This document shows, piece after piece, positions 26,867 through 38,801 of a stretch of DNA of 64,000 nt. A model generated the notes under the pieces. It was not told where the DNA came from. It saw only the letters and a program-made list of their open reading frames with translations, and searched no databases. The stretch is from the NCBI GenBank assembly GCA_025786725.1, contig JAHLTZ010000056.1, positions 31,745-95,744 of the forward strand, read 5' to 3'. Origin of the DNA: Syncephalis fuscata S228. Lineage: Eukaryota; Fungi; Zoopagomycota. Position 1 is the stretch's first letter. Each line of letters starts with the position of its first letter. The translations under genes were made by a program, and so were the position numbers.

Positions 26867-28675
26867 ATGGCTGATACACCGCCTGCAGACACCAATACCA
26901 CCGCCAGCGCGATTAAAGCTGGTGATATTGCTTGGGTTCTGGTGTGTATATTTATAGACAAACAAATGACTTTTTTTAACATAATCATGTAGACTTCGAC
27001 AGCACTAGTATTTATAATGTGTACCGGTCTCGGATTCTTCTACAGCGGACTTGCAAGAGCAAAGCACGCATTGTCGCTCATGTTTTTAATGATGATTTCG
27101 ATTTCAGTTGTTTCAATTCAGGTGAGTAAATTGGCCGCTACTCATGTATCCATATTTATCTTTAATTGACTATTCCGTGTATAGTGGTATTTCTGGGGCT
27201 ACTCATTAGCGTTCAGTGAGACTGGCACATCCGGATTTGTCGGCGATTTGAGTAAGTAATATTTTAATTGTATAAATTCACTGATTTTAACTAATTGTGG
27301 CCTTATTAGAACATATCGTTATGCGCGGTGTCGGTATGGAACCTCATCCAAATGCTAAAACCATTCCAGGCATTGTATTCTTTCTTTTCCAATGTATGTT
27401 TGCAGCCATCACTCCAGCGCTGGCTTTTGGATCCACAGCTGAGCGTATGAAGGTAAATATATTTGCGCTGTATTACGCGCTGTATTTTACTAATTAATAT
27501 TGCAGATCATGCCAGCCATTATTTTCCTTTTTGTCTGGTCTACTCTCGTATACGATATTATTACAAACTGGGTCTGGGGACCACACGGCTGGCTAATGAA
27601 ACTCGGCGTTATGGACTATGCTGGGTAGGTAGTTTAATATGCTCAGTAGTATCGATAGCTAATTTAAATCAATAATAGCGGTACTCCAGTGCACATTGCA
27701 TCCGGTGTCGCAGCCGTGGCCTATGCCATGGTGTTGGGCAAACGTCGTGACTACAATGACACCGACTCAACCGCACATAATGTGTCGTTTGTTTATTTGG
27801 GCACTGCTTTGCTTTGGTTTGGATGGATGGGCTTCAACGGCGGCTCTGCTCTTGCGGCCAACACACGCGGTATTCAAGCCATTGTCAATTCGCATTTGTC
27901 GGCATGCGTCGGTGGCTGCATTTGGGTTGCATTGGACTACCGACATGCCCGCAAGCTAAGCATGATTGGTTTTTGCACCGGCGCCATTGCCGGCCTGGCT
28001 ACTGTAACTCCAGCTTGCGGTTTTATCTCCTCATCGTCTTCGTTGGTATTTGGCTTCTTGGGAGCCATTGTTTGCAATTTGGCGATCACCTACAAGCAGA
28101 AGTTTGGATTTGACGATGCTTTAGACGTGTTTGCAGTGCACTACATCGGTGGTCTACTAGGCTTAATATTGACCGGTATGTTTGCACAGCAGTCGATCAT
28201 GGCACTTTCCGCAGCACCGGGAGATATTGTGCCGCTAGGTGGTTGGTTAGACGGCAACTGGATACAGGTCCCAATTCAGATGGCCGCCATTGCAGCCGTT
28301 TCCATCTGGTCATTTGTTGTAACCTATGGCATCTTGATTTTTATGGCCAAGGTTGGTCTTCGTTTACGCATGGACGAAGATGAAGTGGCTATCGGTACGG
28401 ATTTGGCGCAGTTGGGTGAGACAGCTTATGGCTTTTTGCAAGCACCCGATGTTATTTCTCCTACCACAAGCCTAATGACTGGCATGGAAACCAACAAGAT
28501 GGAAGAAGGAAAACTGAATAAACACGACACGTATCAAAGCGACACATTTCACCGAAACTCGCAATATACCAACGGCCCAGCTGCATCTTGCTCGTCTAGC
28601 TCTCCAAATACTATTGGCGGAGAAGCACTAAAAAACGAGGACACTATTGTCATGCAAACAGTCGCATTTAATTAA
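26867..28675 (+). CDS. Ammonium transporter (Amt/Mep family), intron-rich 5' half
   Basis: MADTPP...GDIAWVL; GLGFFYSGL; FQCMFAAITPAL; ERM; VHIASG; LWFGWMGFNGGS; DDALDVFAVH. Both twin His residues are present. Confidence 0.95.
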
Positions 28676-29679
28676 TAGTAACTGCATAATTGGGTGATAG
28701 TTTGTCTTTAAAAATCTAATTTTATCGCTGGTAAATAAAATAAACTGTATTTTAAATATTACTACTATCAGCAGCAACTACTTTTATGCTATTTACGCAT
28801 TTGGATAACGGAGTGTAAATAATTTATATTTTTATATCTTTATTGCTGCTGTTTATTGCCAAAATTAAAGACATTTGTCGTTTTACCAACACCACCGTTT
28901 AAATTAAATAAATACTATTAACACACGCAAATACACTGCAGCATTCTCAACGCGACAAACAGTTGTAATAAAGCATCAATTTTTACAAATGCACACATGT
29001 AAACTTTTAAGCTGCAGCTTTAGAATAAAACAAAAATAAAAGTAATTAAATAGTAGTATGTTATTTTATTTATTGACTGAATGGTACATTAAATACACTG
29101 ATTGTAAATATAGAAATAATAATGTGCATAATTTGATTAGAATCTAGTGAATTCTCCTGCAAATAAATGAACACGGGTATATTGGTATTTAGTCATACAA
29201 GCCATTGTTCATGAGAATTAGTTGATTTGCAATCTGCGAGGAATGTTGCCCACTTATTCCAAACAATATATTAGATTCTAGGTGTATTCGTTTCAAGTTA
29301 CAATAATAGACTGGCACCGTTTTTATCACAAATGATGTAGTAAACTTTAGGCGTGAAAAGTTTTAAGCTGCAATGGCAGACATTTGCCATTATGTCACTG
29401 CTAAAACAGCAATGGACTCTACCTGTATACCATTAAAATTAGAATAAAAGGCATGTGCTGTACACGAATACTCTTTTTCTTTCTTTTTATCTACCATTGT
29501 TCCACCATTTAAACATAATTTTCTGATCTTCATGCCTTTGTAGTGAATTACTAGTTATAATTTGAAGTAACAGCAACAGCACTGTTTTATTTACCATTAA
29601 TCAACAGCATCAGCCTCAGTAGAGCTGAAGTTATCTTTTTACCAATTTTTAACTATAGCATAATATCTGACTACCAAAA

Positions 29680-31095
29680 ATGTCGCTTACATTTTTTATC
29701 GCAGCAGCATCGGCTGCTTTATGTGGCCTATATATTGGCTACGATATAGGTGTTATGAGCGGTGTCCTAGCAATGCCGGCATCCAAGGAATATTTTCAGT
29801 GGAAAAATGATTTTCAAAAAGGCTTTGTAGCATCAAGTTTTTTGCTGGGAGCACTTATCAGCTCAACAACCTCAGGTCACATTGCTGACCGATTTGGAAG
29901 ACGCATGTCTATCATTGCTGCATCCATCGTTTTTTTGATTGGTGGCGCCTTGCAAACGGCAGCCACAAAATTGTCAATGTTATACGCCGGTCGGATTGTG
30001 GCTGGGCTAGCCATTGGTATCACCTATGCTGTTGTGCCTCTATATCACTCGGAGATTTCGCCTAAAACCAAACGTGGCGCTGTTATATTTTTTAAAAATG
30101 TCGCTATTACTTTTGGTATGTTTTCGGCCTATATCATCAATTATGGTGTAAGCCATTTGGATGGGACTATAGGTTTCCGCGTAACTTTGGCTATTCAGCT
30201 CCTACCAGCATTTTTGGTTATTATTGGCATGCTCATCTCTCCATCATCGCCACGATGGTTGATGTACACTGGGCATGAGAAAGCTGCTCGAGAAAGCTTA
30301 GCAAAGTTTCGTAATTGGAGCGAAGATGACTTTAGACTGATTACGGAAATTGAGGAAATTAAAGAATCGTGCGAACAACAGAAAACTCTAAGTAAAACTT
30401 TTCTGATATCTATACTAAAAGGCAACATGCGCAAGCGCGTATTGCTGAGTCTTTCTATCTCTTTACTGCAGCAGATGAGTGGAGTTAACACCATAACATA
30501 TTATGCGCCTGATATTATGCGCATTTCTGAATTTACCGATAGCACAGAACAATTATCTATGACTATTGGTAATGGCGCAACAGCTCTATTGTTTTGTATA
30601 GTAGGCGTGTTTCTTGTAGACCGTGTTGGACGCAAAGCGCTTTTTGCTTTTGGCGGAATAATGATGGGATTATCAATGCTTATACTTGCCATTCTATTGG
30701 CTCTTATTACTTCCGATAGTACTAGCCGTTCCAAAGGATACGGTGTGCTAGCCATGCAGTACGCTTTTAATGCATTCTATGCCTTTACATGGGGTCCAAC
30801 ACCGTGGGTCTATGTATCTGAAATTTGTCCACAACATATACGTGCAAAGGTTCTTGGTATTTCAACAACCTGCAGCTGGTTGATCAACTTTACTGTTACA
30901 CAACTATCACCATATTTGATTGACGCACTAGGATGGGGAATATTTGCGATATACGCTGGCATCTGTATTCTCGGTGGCCTCTGGGAGTATTTTGTTCTTG
31001 TTGAAACAAAAAACAAGTCGTTAGAGGAGATTGGAGATTTCTTTACAAGCTCAACCATATCCACCGAAAAAAGCTTAGAGCAGTCACACGCTTAA
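29680..31095 (+). CDS. MFS sugar porter (intronless paralogue)
   Basis: GYDIG, DRFGRR, EISP, SPRWL, QQMSGVN, DRVGRK, WGP, ETKNKSLEEI. Confidence 0.95.
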   Translation: MSLTFFIAAASAALCGLYIGYDIGVMSGVLAMPASKEYFQWKNDFQKGFVASSFLLGALISSTTSGHIADRFGRRMSIIAASIVFLIGGALQTAATKLSMLYAGRIVAGLAIGITYAVVPLYHSEISPKTKRGAVIFFKNVAITFGMFSAYIINYGVSHLDGTIGFRVTLAIQLLPAFLVIIGMLISPSSPRWLMYTGHEKAARESLAKFRNWSEDDFRLITEIEEIKESCEQQKTLSKTFLISILKGNMRKRVLLSLSISLLQQMSGVNTITYYAPDIMRISEFTDSTEQLSMTIGNGATALLFCIVGVFLVDRVGRKALFAFGGIMMGLSMLILAILLALITSDSTSRSKGYGVLAMQYAFNAFYAFTWGPTPWVYVSEICPQHIRAKVLGISTTCSWLINFTVTQLSPYLIDALGWGIFAIYAGICILGGLWEYFVLVETKNKSLEEIGDFFTSSTISTEKSLEQSHA

Positions 31096-31190
31096 TTTGT
31101 ATAAAATTCTGCAATGCATAGCTATTAAAACTTGGGCATTAATTAGACATTTATCCGAGCATTAATAAATAATTACAATGTTTATTTTTA

Positions 31191-32627
31191 TTAAAATTCA
31201 GTTGCGTAATGTCGAGTAATTGATTCTAATGATCGCTGTTTTGTCTCGTATAATTTTGTCCATACCCATCCACTAATGAATATACAAATCATACTAAATA
31301 CTCCATATATCCACCAGCCGATTATTTCAATAATAAATGGAAACAACATTTTTATGGCTACATCTAACGTCCAATAGGCTGCACCTGCCATTGATAGACC
31401 ACTGGCACGATGTCTGAAAGGTAGTATCTCAGCAGCAAATAACCATGCAATTGGACCCCAGCTCAATGAAAATGCTGCAAAAAATAAACAAATAGCAACT
31501 AAACACCCATATGGTACCCATAAAGCATCAATATTTGTTTGGTGTATTATTGCTAAAGTTAGCACTGCGCCATGCGCCATAGACATTAATGCGGCTCCAA
31601 TTGCTAGTATTTTGCGCCGCCCAACACGGTCCACTAGACATACGCAAAGAGGCGCACTAAGCATTGTAGTGATTCCAATTCCCGCCATAACAATAAATTC
31701 AACTCTGTCTTTGTAAAAGCCCATTTGTCGTAGAAATATTGGCGTGTGATAAATCATAGGGGCTATTCCACAAAGCTGTCGTAGTAATAGCACAGTAATT
31801 GCGTGCATAAATTGTTGGCTGGCTAAAACGGTGTACCATTTTTCCTGTGTTTTAATTTCATGCTCTTTCGTAGATATACGAATAATTAGCTGAAGCTCAT
31901 TTTGCAGCATCGAATGCGGATAGCGTGGTCCTCGAAGCTGGGCCAACGTCAATTCGGCCTTATCCATTTGTCCAGACCATGCAATCCAACGTGGTGATGA
32001 TGGAAGCCAATAAGTTGTACATAACATGATGATAAATGAAGTCACAACTTGAATAATGAATGGTGTACGCCATTCATTTTTGTATTGATTATTCTCAGCC
32101 GTTTCAAAACCTGTAAGTGTAGAAATTAATAATCCAAATCCAAACAGTAATTCCTGACATGCTACGAATGCACCTCGTGAACCACTGGGTGCAATTTCAG
32201 TTAAATAAATAGAACATCCAACCCAAAGTAAACCCATTGATACACCAAAAATAAACCGTCCTGCGTATAAAATACTTGAATGTATTGCTATTGTTAATAT
32301 AATTCCACCTAAAGCTGACAGCATTGTGCCAATAGATATGGTATTTTGTCGTCCCAGTCGATCTAAAGTAATCCTATAAGTGAATAGTATAAGAATAATA
32401 AACAGCTGTCTCATACCTATCATTGGCCATGTTGAAAAAGAACCGACAATGGCTCCTATGGCTAGAGTGGAACTAACAACTTTTTCCTCTGCAGCGCTAC
32501 TCCAATTTATTATCTGTCTAAATTGCTTGATAGTTGCTAAATTTTGAACGGCACCAATATCCATTCCATAAAGCAATCCACTACTGTTTCCAATCACTAT
32601 AATAATTGCTATAAAAAGTTGCATCAT
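31191..32627 (-). CDS. MFS sugar porter (divergent); intron 32363-32416
   Basis: GMDIG, DRLGR, EIAP, SPRW, DRVGRR, SWGP, ETKQRSLE. A 54-nt in-frame GT-AG intron is hidden inside the computed ORF. Confidence 0.92.
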   Translation of the reverse strand: MMQLFIAIIIVIGNSSGLLYGMDIGAVQNLATIKQFRQIINWSSAAEEKVVSSTLAIGAIVGSFSTWPMIGMRQLFIILILFTYRITLDRLGRQNTISIGTMLSALGGIILTIAIHSSILYAGRFIFGVSMGLLWVGCSIYLTEIAPSGSRGAFVACQELLFGFGLLISTLTGFETAENNQYKNEWRTPFIIQVVTSFIIMLCTTYWLPSSPRWIAWSGQMDKAELTLAQLRGPRYPHSMLQNELQLIIRISTKEHEIKTQEKWYTVLASQQFMHAITVLLLRQLCGIAPMIYHTPIFLRQMGFYKDRVEFIVMAGIGITTMLSAPLCVCLVDRVGRRKILAIGAALMSMAHGAVLTLAIIHQTNIDALWVPYGCLVAICLFFAAFSLSWGPIAWLFAAEILPFRHRASGLSMAGAAYWTLDVAIKMLFPFIIEIIGWWIYGVFSMICIFISGWVWTKLYETKQRSLESITRHYATEF

Positions 32628-33468
32628 AAATGCTAATAAATGCAGGTTGATAGCCAATTTAATGTTTGCCTGTTGCTAATACAAAGCAAATGTAGAAAAA
32701 TATTAACGTATTTACCAATGTTTCCAAGCAAATAACACAGTATATAGCCATCGGCTATTTATAATAAAATTCACATTTATTTAAAGCAAACAATTAGTAC
32801 TAGTTAGCAATAAGCTTGGCGAATTTAAATATATAATGTGGAAATTTCACAAATATTACAATAATATTATTGCAATCGTCCAAGTTATTTAATTAGCAGA
32901 TTTATAATTATTCTTACTAAGACTATTACACTTTCCACGTTACATAATTTAGCAAAAATTTAATAACACACATGTTTTGTGTTATCAACGCTCTTTTGTA
33001 AATATATTATAGTATATACTTGTTAATATAATTATATTGATAAAATTAATAACAATAAATATTAGCATATTTCTGCAGTTACTTGATATGTGTGAATTGA
33101 CAAAGTTTCAATTTGTATTCTAACAAACCCTTTGTACGCGACATACATGCATTCCGATCATTGATCTTCGCTATAACTTTTATTAAAGCTATATCATTTA
33201 TATAACTGCTTAACAATATCACATGATAATAAAAAACAAAGTTTTTTCTTACTCCAATTTCATTATAACTTGCACTATCAGAATTATACAGCTGAGACTT
33301 TGTATATAAATTACTAATTATATTTAAAATAAAAGTGTTACTAATATTCATAATTATATTTTTTTATTGAACCGATAACTACACTTGACTAAGTCACTTA
33401 TTCTATTTACTCTTTCTTTTCTTCAACTGCTTAGTAATAATCACAATATTTCAAAATTTTATTATAAC

Positions 33469-34245
33469 AATACTACGTGTAACTTTATGTATAATAATCA
33501 AATTGCCTGATATTTTGCACAAATATACGTATGCCATATAGGTAGCTATTGGTAAAGTATACCGTTATTGTATTGTGTGATGATGTAGTAATTGTAGTAA
33601 TACGCTAACAAATATGCAAAACAGCAGTTTTATGCCATTTACGGCCTATATAAGTAAAATACAGCAAAATGATTGCCGGATTCGAGTTCTCCATGCTTGG
33701 CTGTAAAGAATAGTAAAGAAATAGAACAATGATTTTTGCAACAAAAGTTAGTCAAAAATGCAATCTACGTAAATATTTGTTAACAAAAAATGATTAAATT
33801 TAAAATTTTACAAAAATTAATGTTAAAATAGTTTTGGTTTAAGTAAATTTAAAGCTTTTTAAAGTACTAGAGCAAATATAACAACAAATTAGTATGCGGA
33901 AACATTAATATACAGTGAGCAGTTATGTCATGTAAATAAAGTGTAAATTACATTTTTGACTAACTTTTGTTGCAAAAATCATTGTTCTATTTCTTATACT
34001 ATTCTTTACAGCCAAGCATGGAGAACTCGAATCCGGCAATCATTTTGCTGTATTTTACTTATATAGGCCGTAAATGGCATAAAACTGCTATTTCTGCATA
34101 TTTGTTAGCGTATTACTACAATTACTACATCATCACACAATACAATAACGGTATACTTTACCAATAGCTACCTATATGGCATACGTATATTTGTGCAAAA
34201 TATCAGACAATTTGCTTTATTATACATAAAGTTACACGTAGTATT
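33469..34245. repeat. Foldback inverted repeat: arms 33469-33768 and 33943-34245, 174-bp spacer
   Basis: Arms are near-perfect reverse complements, e.g. gattgccggattcgagttctccatgcttggctgtaaag vs ctttacagccaagcatggagaactcgaatccggcaatc. Confidence 0.95.
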
Positions 34246-35037
34246 AGTAACGCTGTATCAATTAAATAATTACTATCGCTTTTTAACGCACTTTTGTTGA
34301 TTATTATTATCTAGTTATGTTGAAACCACTCGTTTGCTTTTGTAGTGTATTGTTATAGTATCGAAGCAATAATTCTACGTTTAAATTTGTAGGCGAGTTT
34401 CATAGACATTTTAAGATATTAAAAATAAAAATACATTTTCATAATGGCTATGTGTAATAAAAATAACAAAATGCAGGTTTACAATGTTCATAACTATTGC
34501 ACATTAATGCTAAAGTGGCGACATAAGTTTATATGCATAAAAACGCAATTAGTAATGAGACATTTGTGTAATCAAAATAACTGTAGTTGAAGATATTTAC
34601 TATGGATAAACCATAATGTTGTTACAGCTCTAGTTTTAAAAGTTGTAGGCAATAACCAAATAGCATTTTATTACAACATTGCTTTATAATGCTTGCTTTT
34701 GGTTTTGCCAATACTTTAATACTCAAAATACAAGTGCTGGTTGTTTAATATTGCTATTGCGTCGATTTTTACAGTTAAACTAATAAACCACATAGCGTGA
34801 ATGTAACTAACTTCAATCTGCTAATATTTGCAATGTAAAATTATTTTTAGTTAATAAACTATAATAAGATTATAATATAGATCAAATGGTGTTAAATGAC
34901 AAACTATAATTATGAATAGACAATTTAAATAATCGTTACGCCAATATTGTAAATTTTCTATAATACATTTACTAGTTTAAATTAAATTATTTGTTAACTA
35001 GGTATGTTGAGCGATAGCGTGCTGTAATTGAAATAAT

Positions 35038-36525
35038 TTATTTTCGCGTTATGTTTGGTTCGCGAAATTTTTTCTTATTAAACTGAGCTGCAATTTTCTC
35101 TAAAGACATGTTTTTGGTTTCGGGTAAGTAATGGTAGACCCAAAAGGCAACTATTCCGTAGGTAATGGCCAAAGTAGCATAGGTACCCCACTCCATCTTT
35201 CCAAGAAGCCATGGCGCCATTTGTATCATAAACAATTTGAAGAGCCAGTAAAAGGAACATGCGAGCGACATTGCCCGTGATCGCAACCGATTAGGAAGTA
35301 TCTCGATTGGATAGATCCAGCCAACCACGCGCCAGCTGATAGCACCAGCCATGCTAATGATGCAAGCCACAGTAGCATAGGCAATTGATAAAGCTTTGTT
35401 TTCAGGCATTGCGCTTCGGCATGCTGCTAATGTTGTAAGAATAATAAATGATACACTCATTATAACGCTTCCGTAGATCATAAGTGGCCGTCGTCCAACA
35501 CGATCGATTACAAGCACTCCAATGCCGCTAATAACAAGCAAAGCGGCACCAATTCCTCCAGTTCCCAGCAATGCTACATAGCTGTCATCGTTAATACCTG
35601 CTGCGCGCAAAACACCAGGAAAGTAGTAGATATTTGCGGTCAGTTCACTTGGTTGCTGTAAAGCTAGAATAAACATAGCCAAAAACATGCGTTTTCGTGT
35701 TTTTTGCGCAAAAATAACTCGCCAAGTCCCATTTCTATTGGGTCCGCCTAAGCCTTTGTTTCTATTATCCATATGGTCAGCAAGCATGGCGACACGCATT
35801 CCGTCAAATTCATTAATAACCCGGCGCTGTTCTGGTTGCAAGCCATTTAACTTGCAAAATGCAAGGCTTGCTTCTTTATCATGCCCATGTGCCAACAGCC
35901 AACGGGGCGACTGGGGCATTAGCATCACGCCAGTGAGCATGATCATAGCCATGCTGCTTTGTACGGCAAAAGGTATCCGCCAGCCAACATCGCCTTCTAT
36001 ATTTCTGCTAAGATAGTCGACTGTAAAAGCCATAACGGCGCCACAAGCAATGGCAAATGGGATAATGGCCATTAGCGAGCCGCGAAGTCGAGTTGGCGAG
36101 ACCTCGGCAATATAAATGGGCGCAATGGCAAATATAAGTCCAATACCGGCACCTGCTAACGAGCGTCCAATGCAAAAAATAACCAGATTATCGGCAGCAG
36201 TCTCCATGCCACTGCCCGCAATAAAAATGCTAACACCGGCAATAATCGATATTCGTCGGCCATGTCGGTCTTTGGCAGGGTCAGCTAAGCTCACTTGATA
36301 TTTGATAAAGCACTTACCTGAAAGAGTGCCAGACAGAAACGATGTTAGTGTCCCCGATACTGTAAAGCAAAACGCGACTAATCTTCCCATGGCCGGATTG
36401 CCGAGCACAATGTGCTGAACAAATGCCGGCATGATTCGGATGTTACTAGCGGCAGCAGTGTCGAAGCCAAACAAAAATCCGCCCATACTGGTAGCCAGCA
36501 CGGAAAACAGCAGATGGCCGCTCAT
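35038..36525 (-). CDS. MFS sugar porter (divergent); intron 36270-36317
   Basis: GFDTA, DRHGRR, EVSP, SPRWL, DRVGRR, PETKNMSLE; 48-nt in-frame intron. Confidence 0.92.
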   Translation of the reverse strand: MSGHLLFSVLATSMGGFLFGFDTAAASNIRIMPAFVQHIVLGNPAMGRLVAFCFTVSGTLTSFLSGTLSGKCFIKYQVSLADPAKDRHGRRISIIAGVSIFIAGSGMETAADNLVIFCIGRSLAGAGIGLIFAIAPIYIAEVSPTRLRGSLMAIIPFAIACGAVMAFTVDYLSRNIEGDVGWRIPFAVQSSMAMIMLTGVMLMPQSPRWLLAHGHDKEASLAFCKLNGLQPEQRRVINEFDGMRVAMLADHMDNRNKGLGGPNRNGTWRVIFAQKTRKRMFLAMFILALQQPSELTANIYYFPGVLRAAGINDDSYVALLGTGGIGAALLVISGIGVLVIDRVGRRPLMIYGSVIMSVSFIILTTLAACRSAMPENKALSIAYATVACIISMAGAISWRVVGWIYPIEILPNRLRSRAMSLACSFYWLFKLFMIQMAPWLLGKMEWGTYATLAITYGIVAFWVYHYLPETKNMSLEKIAAQFNKKKFREPNITRK

Positions 36526-38801
36526 ATTTATTGTAAATTAATAGCTAGTGCGGCCGATGTTTAAACAATAGCGTGCTTTTTATACTATTCGGCTGTTTAT
36601 GTGCAAGAATGAGCTTTGCATTCAAATTATTTAATAACAAATAATAAAAATACAGCCAAAAAACTACCTGGCAAATTGATCAAGCTCATTAAAATGTATC
36701 GACGACGGCGTTGCTGTAAACTATCTGACGCGCAGATATAGCAAATAGAATTACCCGTGTAATGGTTGCCATGATGCTACTAGAATTAAAGATACCAAGG
36801 TCAACACACTATTGTTACTCTATTATGTAAGGCTTGGGCTACCAAGTCGAGTATTTTATGCTATCATAGTATTGACGTTAGAAGCGTGAGCAATTCAATA
36901 TGATAAGAATCTACAAAATCAATTTAATCAGTACTAGGCCATTTGCAACCGATACAAATATTCACTTGCACGATAACATTTATGGCATTCTCATGGAATT
37001 TATCTAATATTACGCTTAGCTGTTTTCATAGGTCCAGTTATTTCCATTTTATTATACCTTATGCAAAGGATACATTGTATGGCTGATATTTGGATGCTGA
37101 TATTATTTTGTACTCTTCGATATGTGGATCGCAGAAAGCTACTATAGAAACAAATATTTATTGCTATTAAATAAAAATCATGGCGTTTCTCTGTATGTTG
37201 TTATATGAACACTATGCTTGTTTTCACATACGTATTCTATTAAATGGGTTATTTATTAAAATTTATAGAGTGCTCAAGCGTTGGTGTACACGTATCATTA
37301 CCATCGCTGTTGCCGGGACCACTGCAAATAAGCACACGTGGATACCGTTTAACAGCATATTTTTTTACAATTAATTATACAGTGTTTGGACCCATTATAG
37401 CATCAGTGTTAAAAGTATGGGTCCTATGCCATCAGTAGCGTAGAAACACATAAGCACTAATGCTCATATCAAGCTTTATCAACTGTTCATTAGTTCAGTG
37501 TCAACTTTTAGGCAGTCTGTTAATTAAAATACTGTGCGTGTAGCAGTATTAACTTCAATTATATTCAGTATAGTTTTTAGCTAAACATATTACATAATTG
37601 AGATGTCGTAACATTCAAACTAGTCATAAATGGTTGAAATAAAAATAAACGGAGAATATGGCATTGGTTTTTTTACAATCAACGTAGATCCAACAACAGT
37701 TTATTAAACATAACTTTATCATTTAAATTCAATTCAGCTAATACGACTAAATAAACAGTGCACAATTATTCGGATACATTAAAAGCTATGAAAATAATCA
37801 CGCACTGTAACGCGCCCCACTAGACATAGATATCCGAATAACTACAAACTCTATGGTTTATATGAAGGAACGTTAGCGTTACACAAATAGTTCAGTTTAT
37901 TGATTGGTCAAGTGCAAATTAACATAAACATACAAATTATGAAAGAAAGCTGCAAACATAGTGCGTTAACAAAAAACAAAACAAAAAACACGCGTCGTAA
38001 TCAAAGTAAATAAATTAGGGAATAAGGATGCCAAGATTACAATAAAGCTATGGACGCTACCAACATGGGGGCTAAACATGACCATGTGTCAATATAGTAT
38101 TAAAAACGATTTTTTGAACTTGTACAATTTGTTGCTATAGATCACTACAGATCGTGCTGATAATAGCCTGTACGTCTCAGTAGTAGCAATGTCGGTCGCA
38201 CTATCAATATGGCCGCTGAGCAAGTTTACAGAGCCAGTATAGCAACGCAATTTGCTGCAGTTGAGATTGTACAGGCTGCTGCCAATACGATCTTCAAGGA
38301 TCTACAGTAAAACAAAATATAAAACAAGATTTTGTCGCATATGCCCAATATAGCATAAAGCAAAGCAGAAATACCTTTAATATGTTAATAAAGCTATTAA
38401 AAGCTACGATCAAAGTAATGAAAGTGATTTGCAAAAAAAGGTCAAATTACAAAAGAGCAATGCAAAGACAGTGTAGAAGGCGTTTGTACTTGACTAGTAG
38501 CCAGTCAACTACTAACACTATTTATATAACATATGTGGAGTGTACAAATACATGTAGTGGATATATGTTATCAAGTGTAAAGAAAGAGAAAAAGAATGTG
38601 ATGACGTAGATTGTGAGATGTGAGCCTGTCAGTCAATATTTATAAACAAATGAGTTTAATTTATTAACAAGCGGAGTGTGAATAATAAAAGTCAATCTAC
38701 CCAACATGTCAGTACATCATAGAACAACAAGTGAAGCAATAGTGCATTAAGACTAAAAGTCATTTATCCCTCAAAACTACTCAGTATTATAAAACATATT
38801 T

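Noticed and set aside
33670-33705. tRNA B-box-like GGATTCGAGTTCTCC in the foldback arm
   Set aside because: No cloverleaf or A-box can be built.
36970-37440. Possible degenerate coding fragment
   Set aside because: Multiple stops and no recognisable motif.
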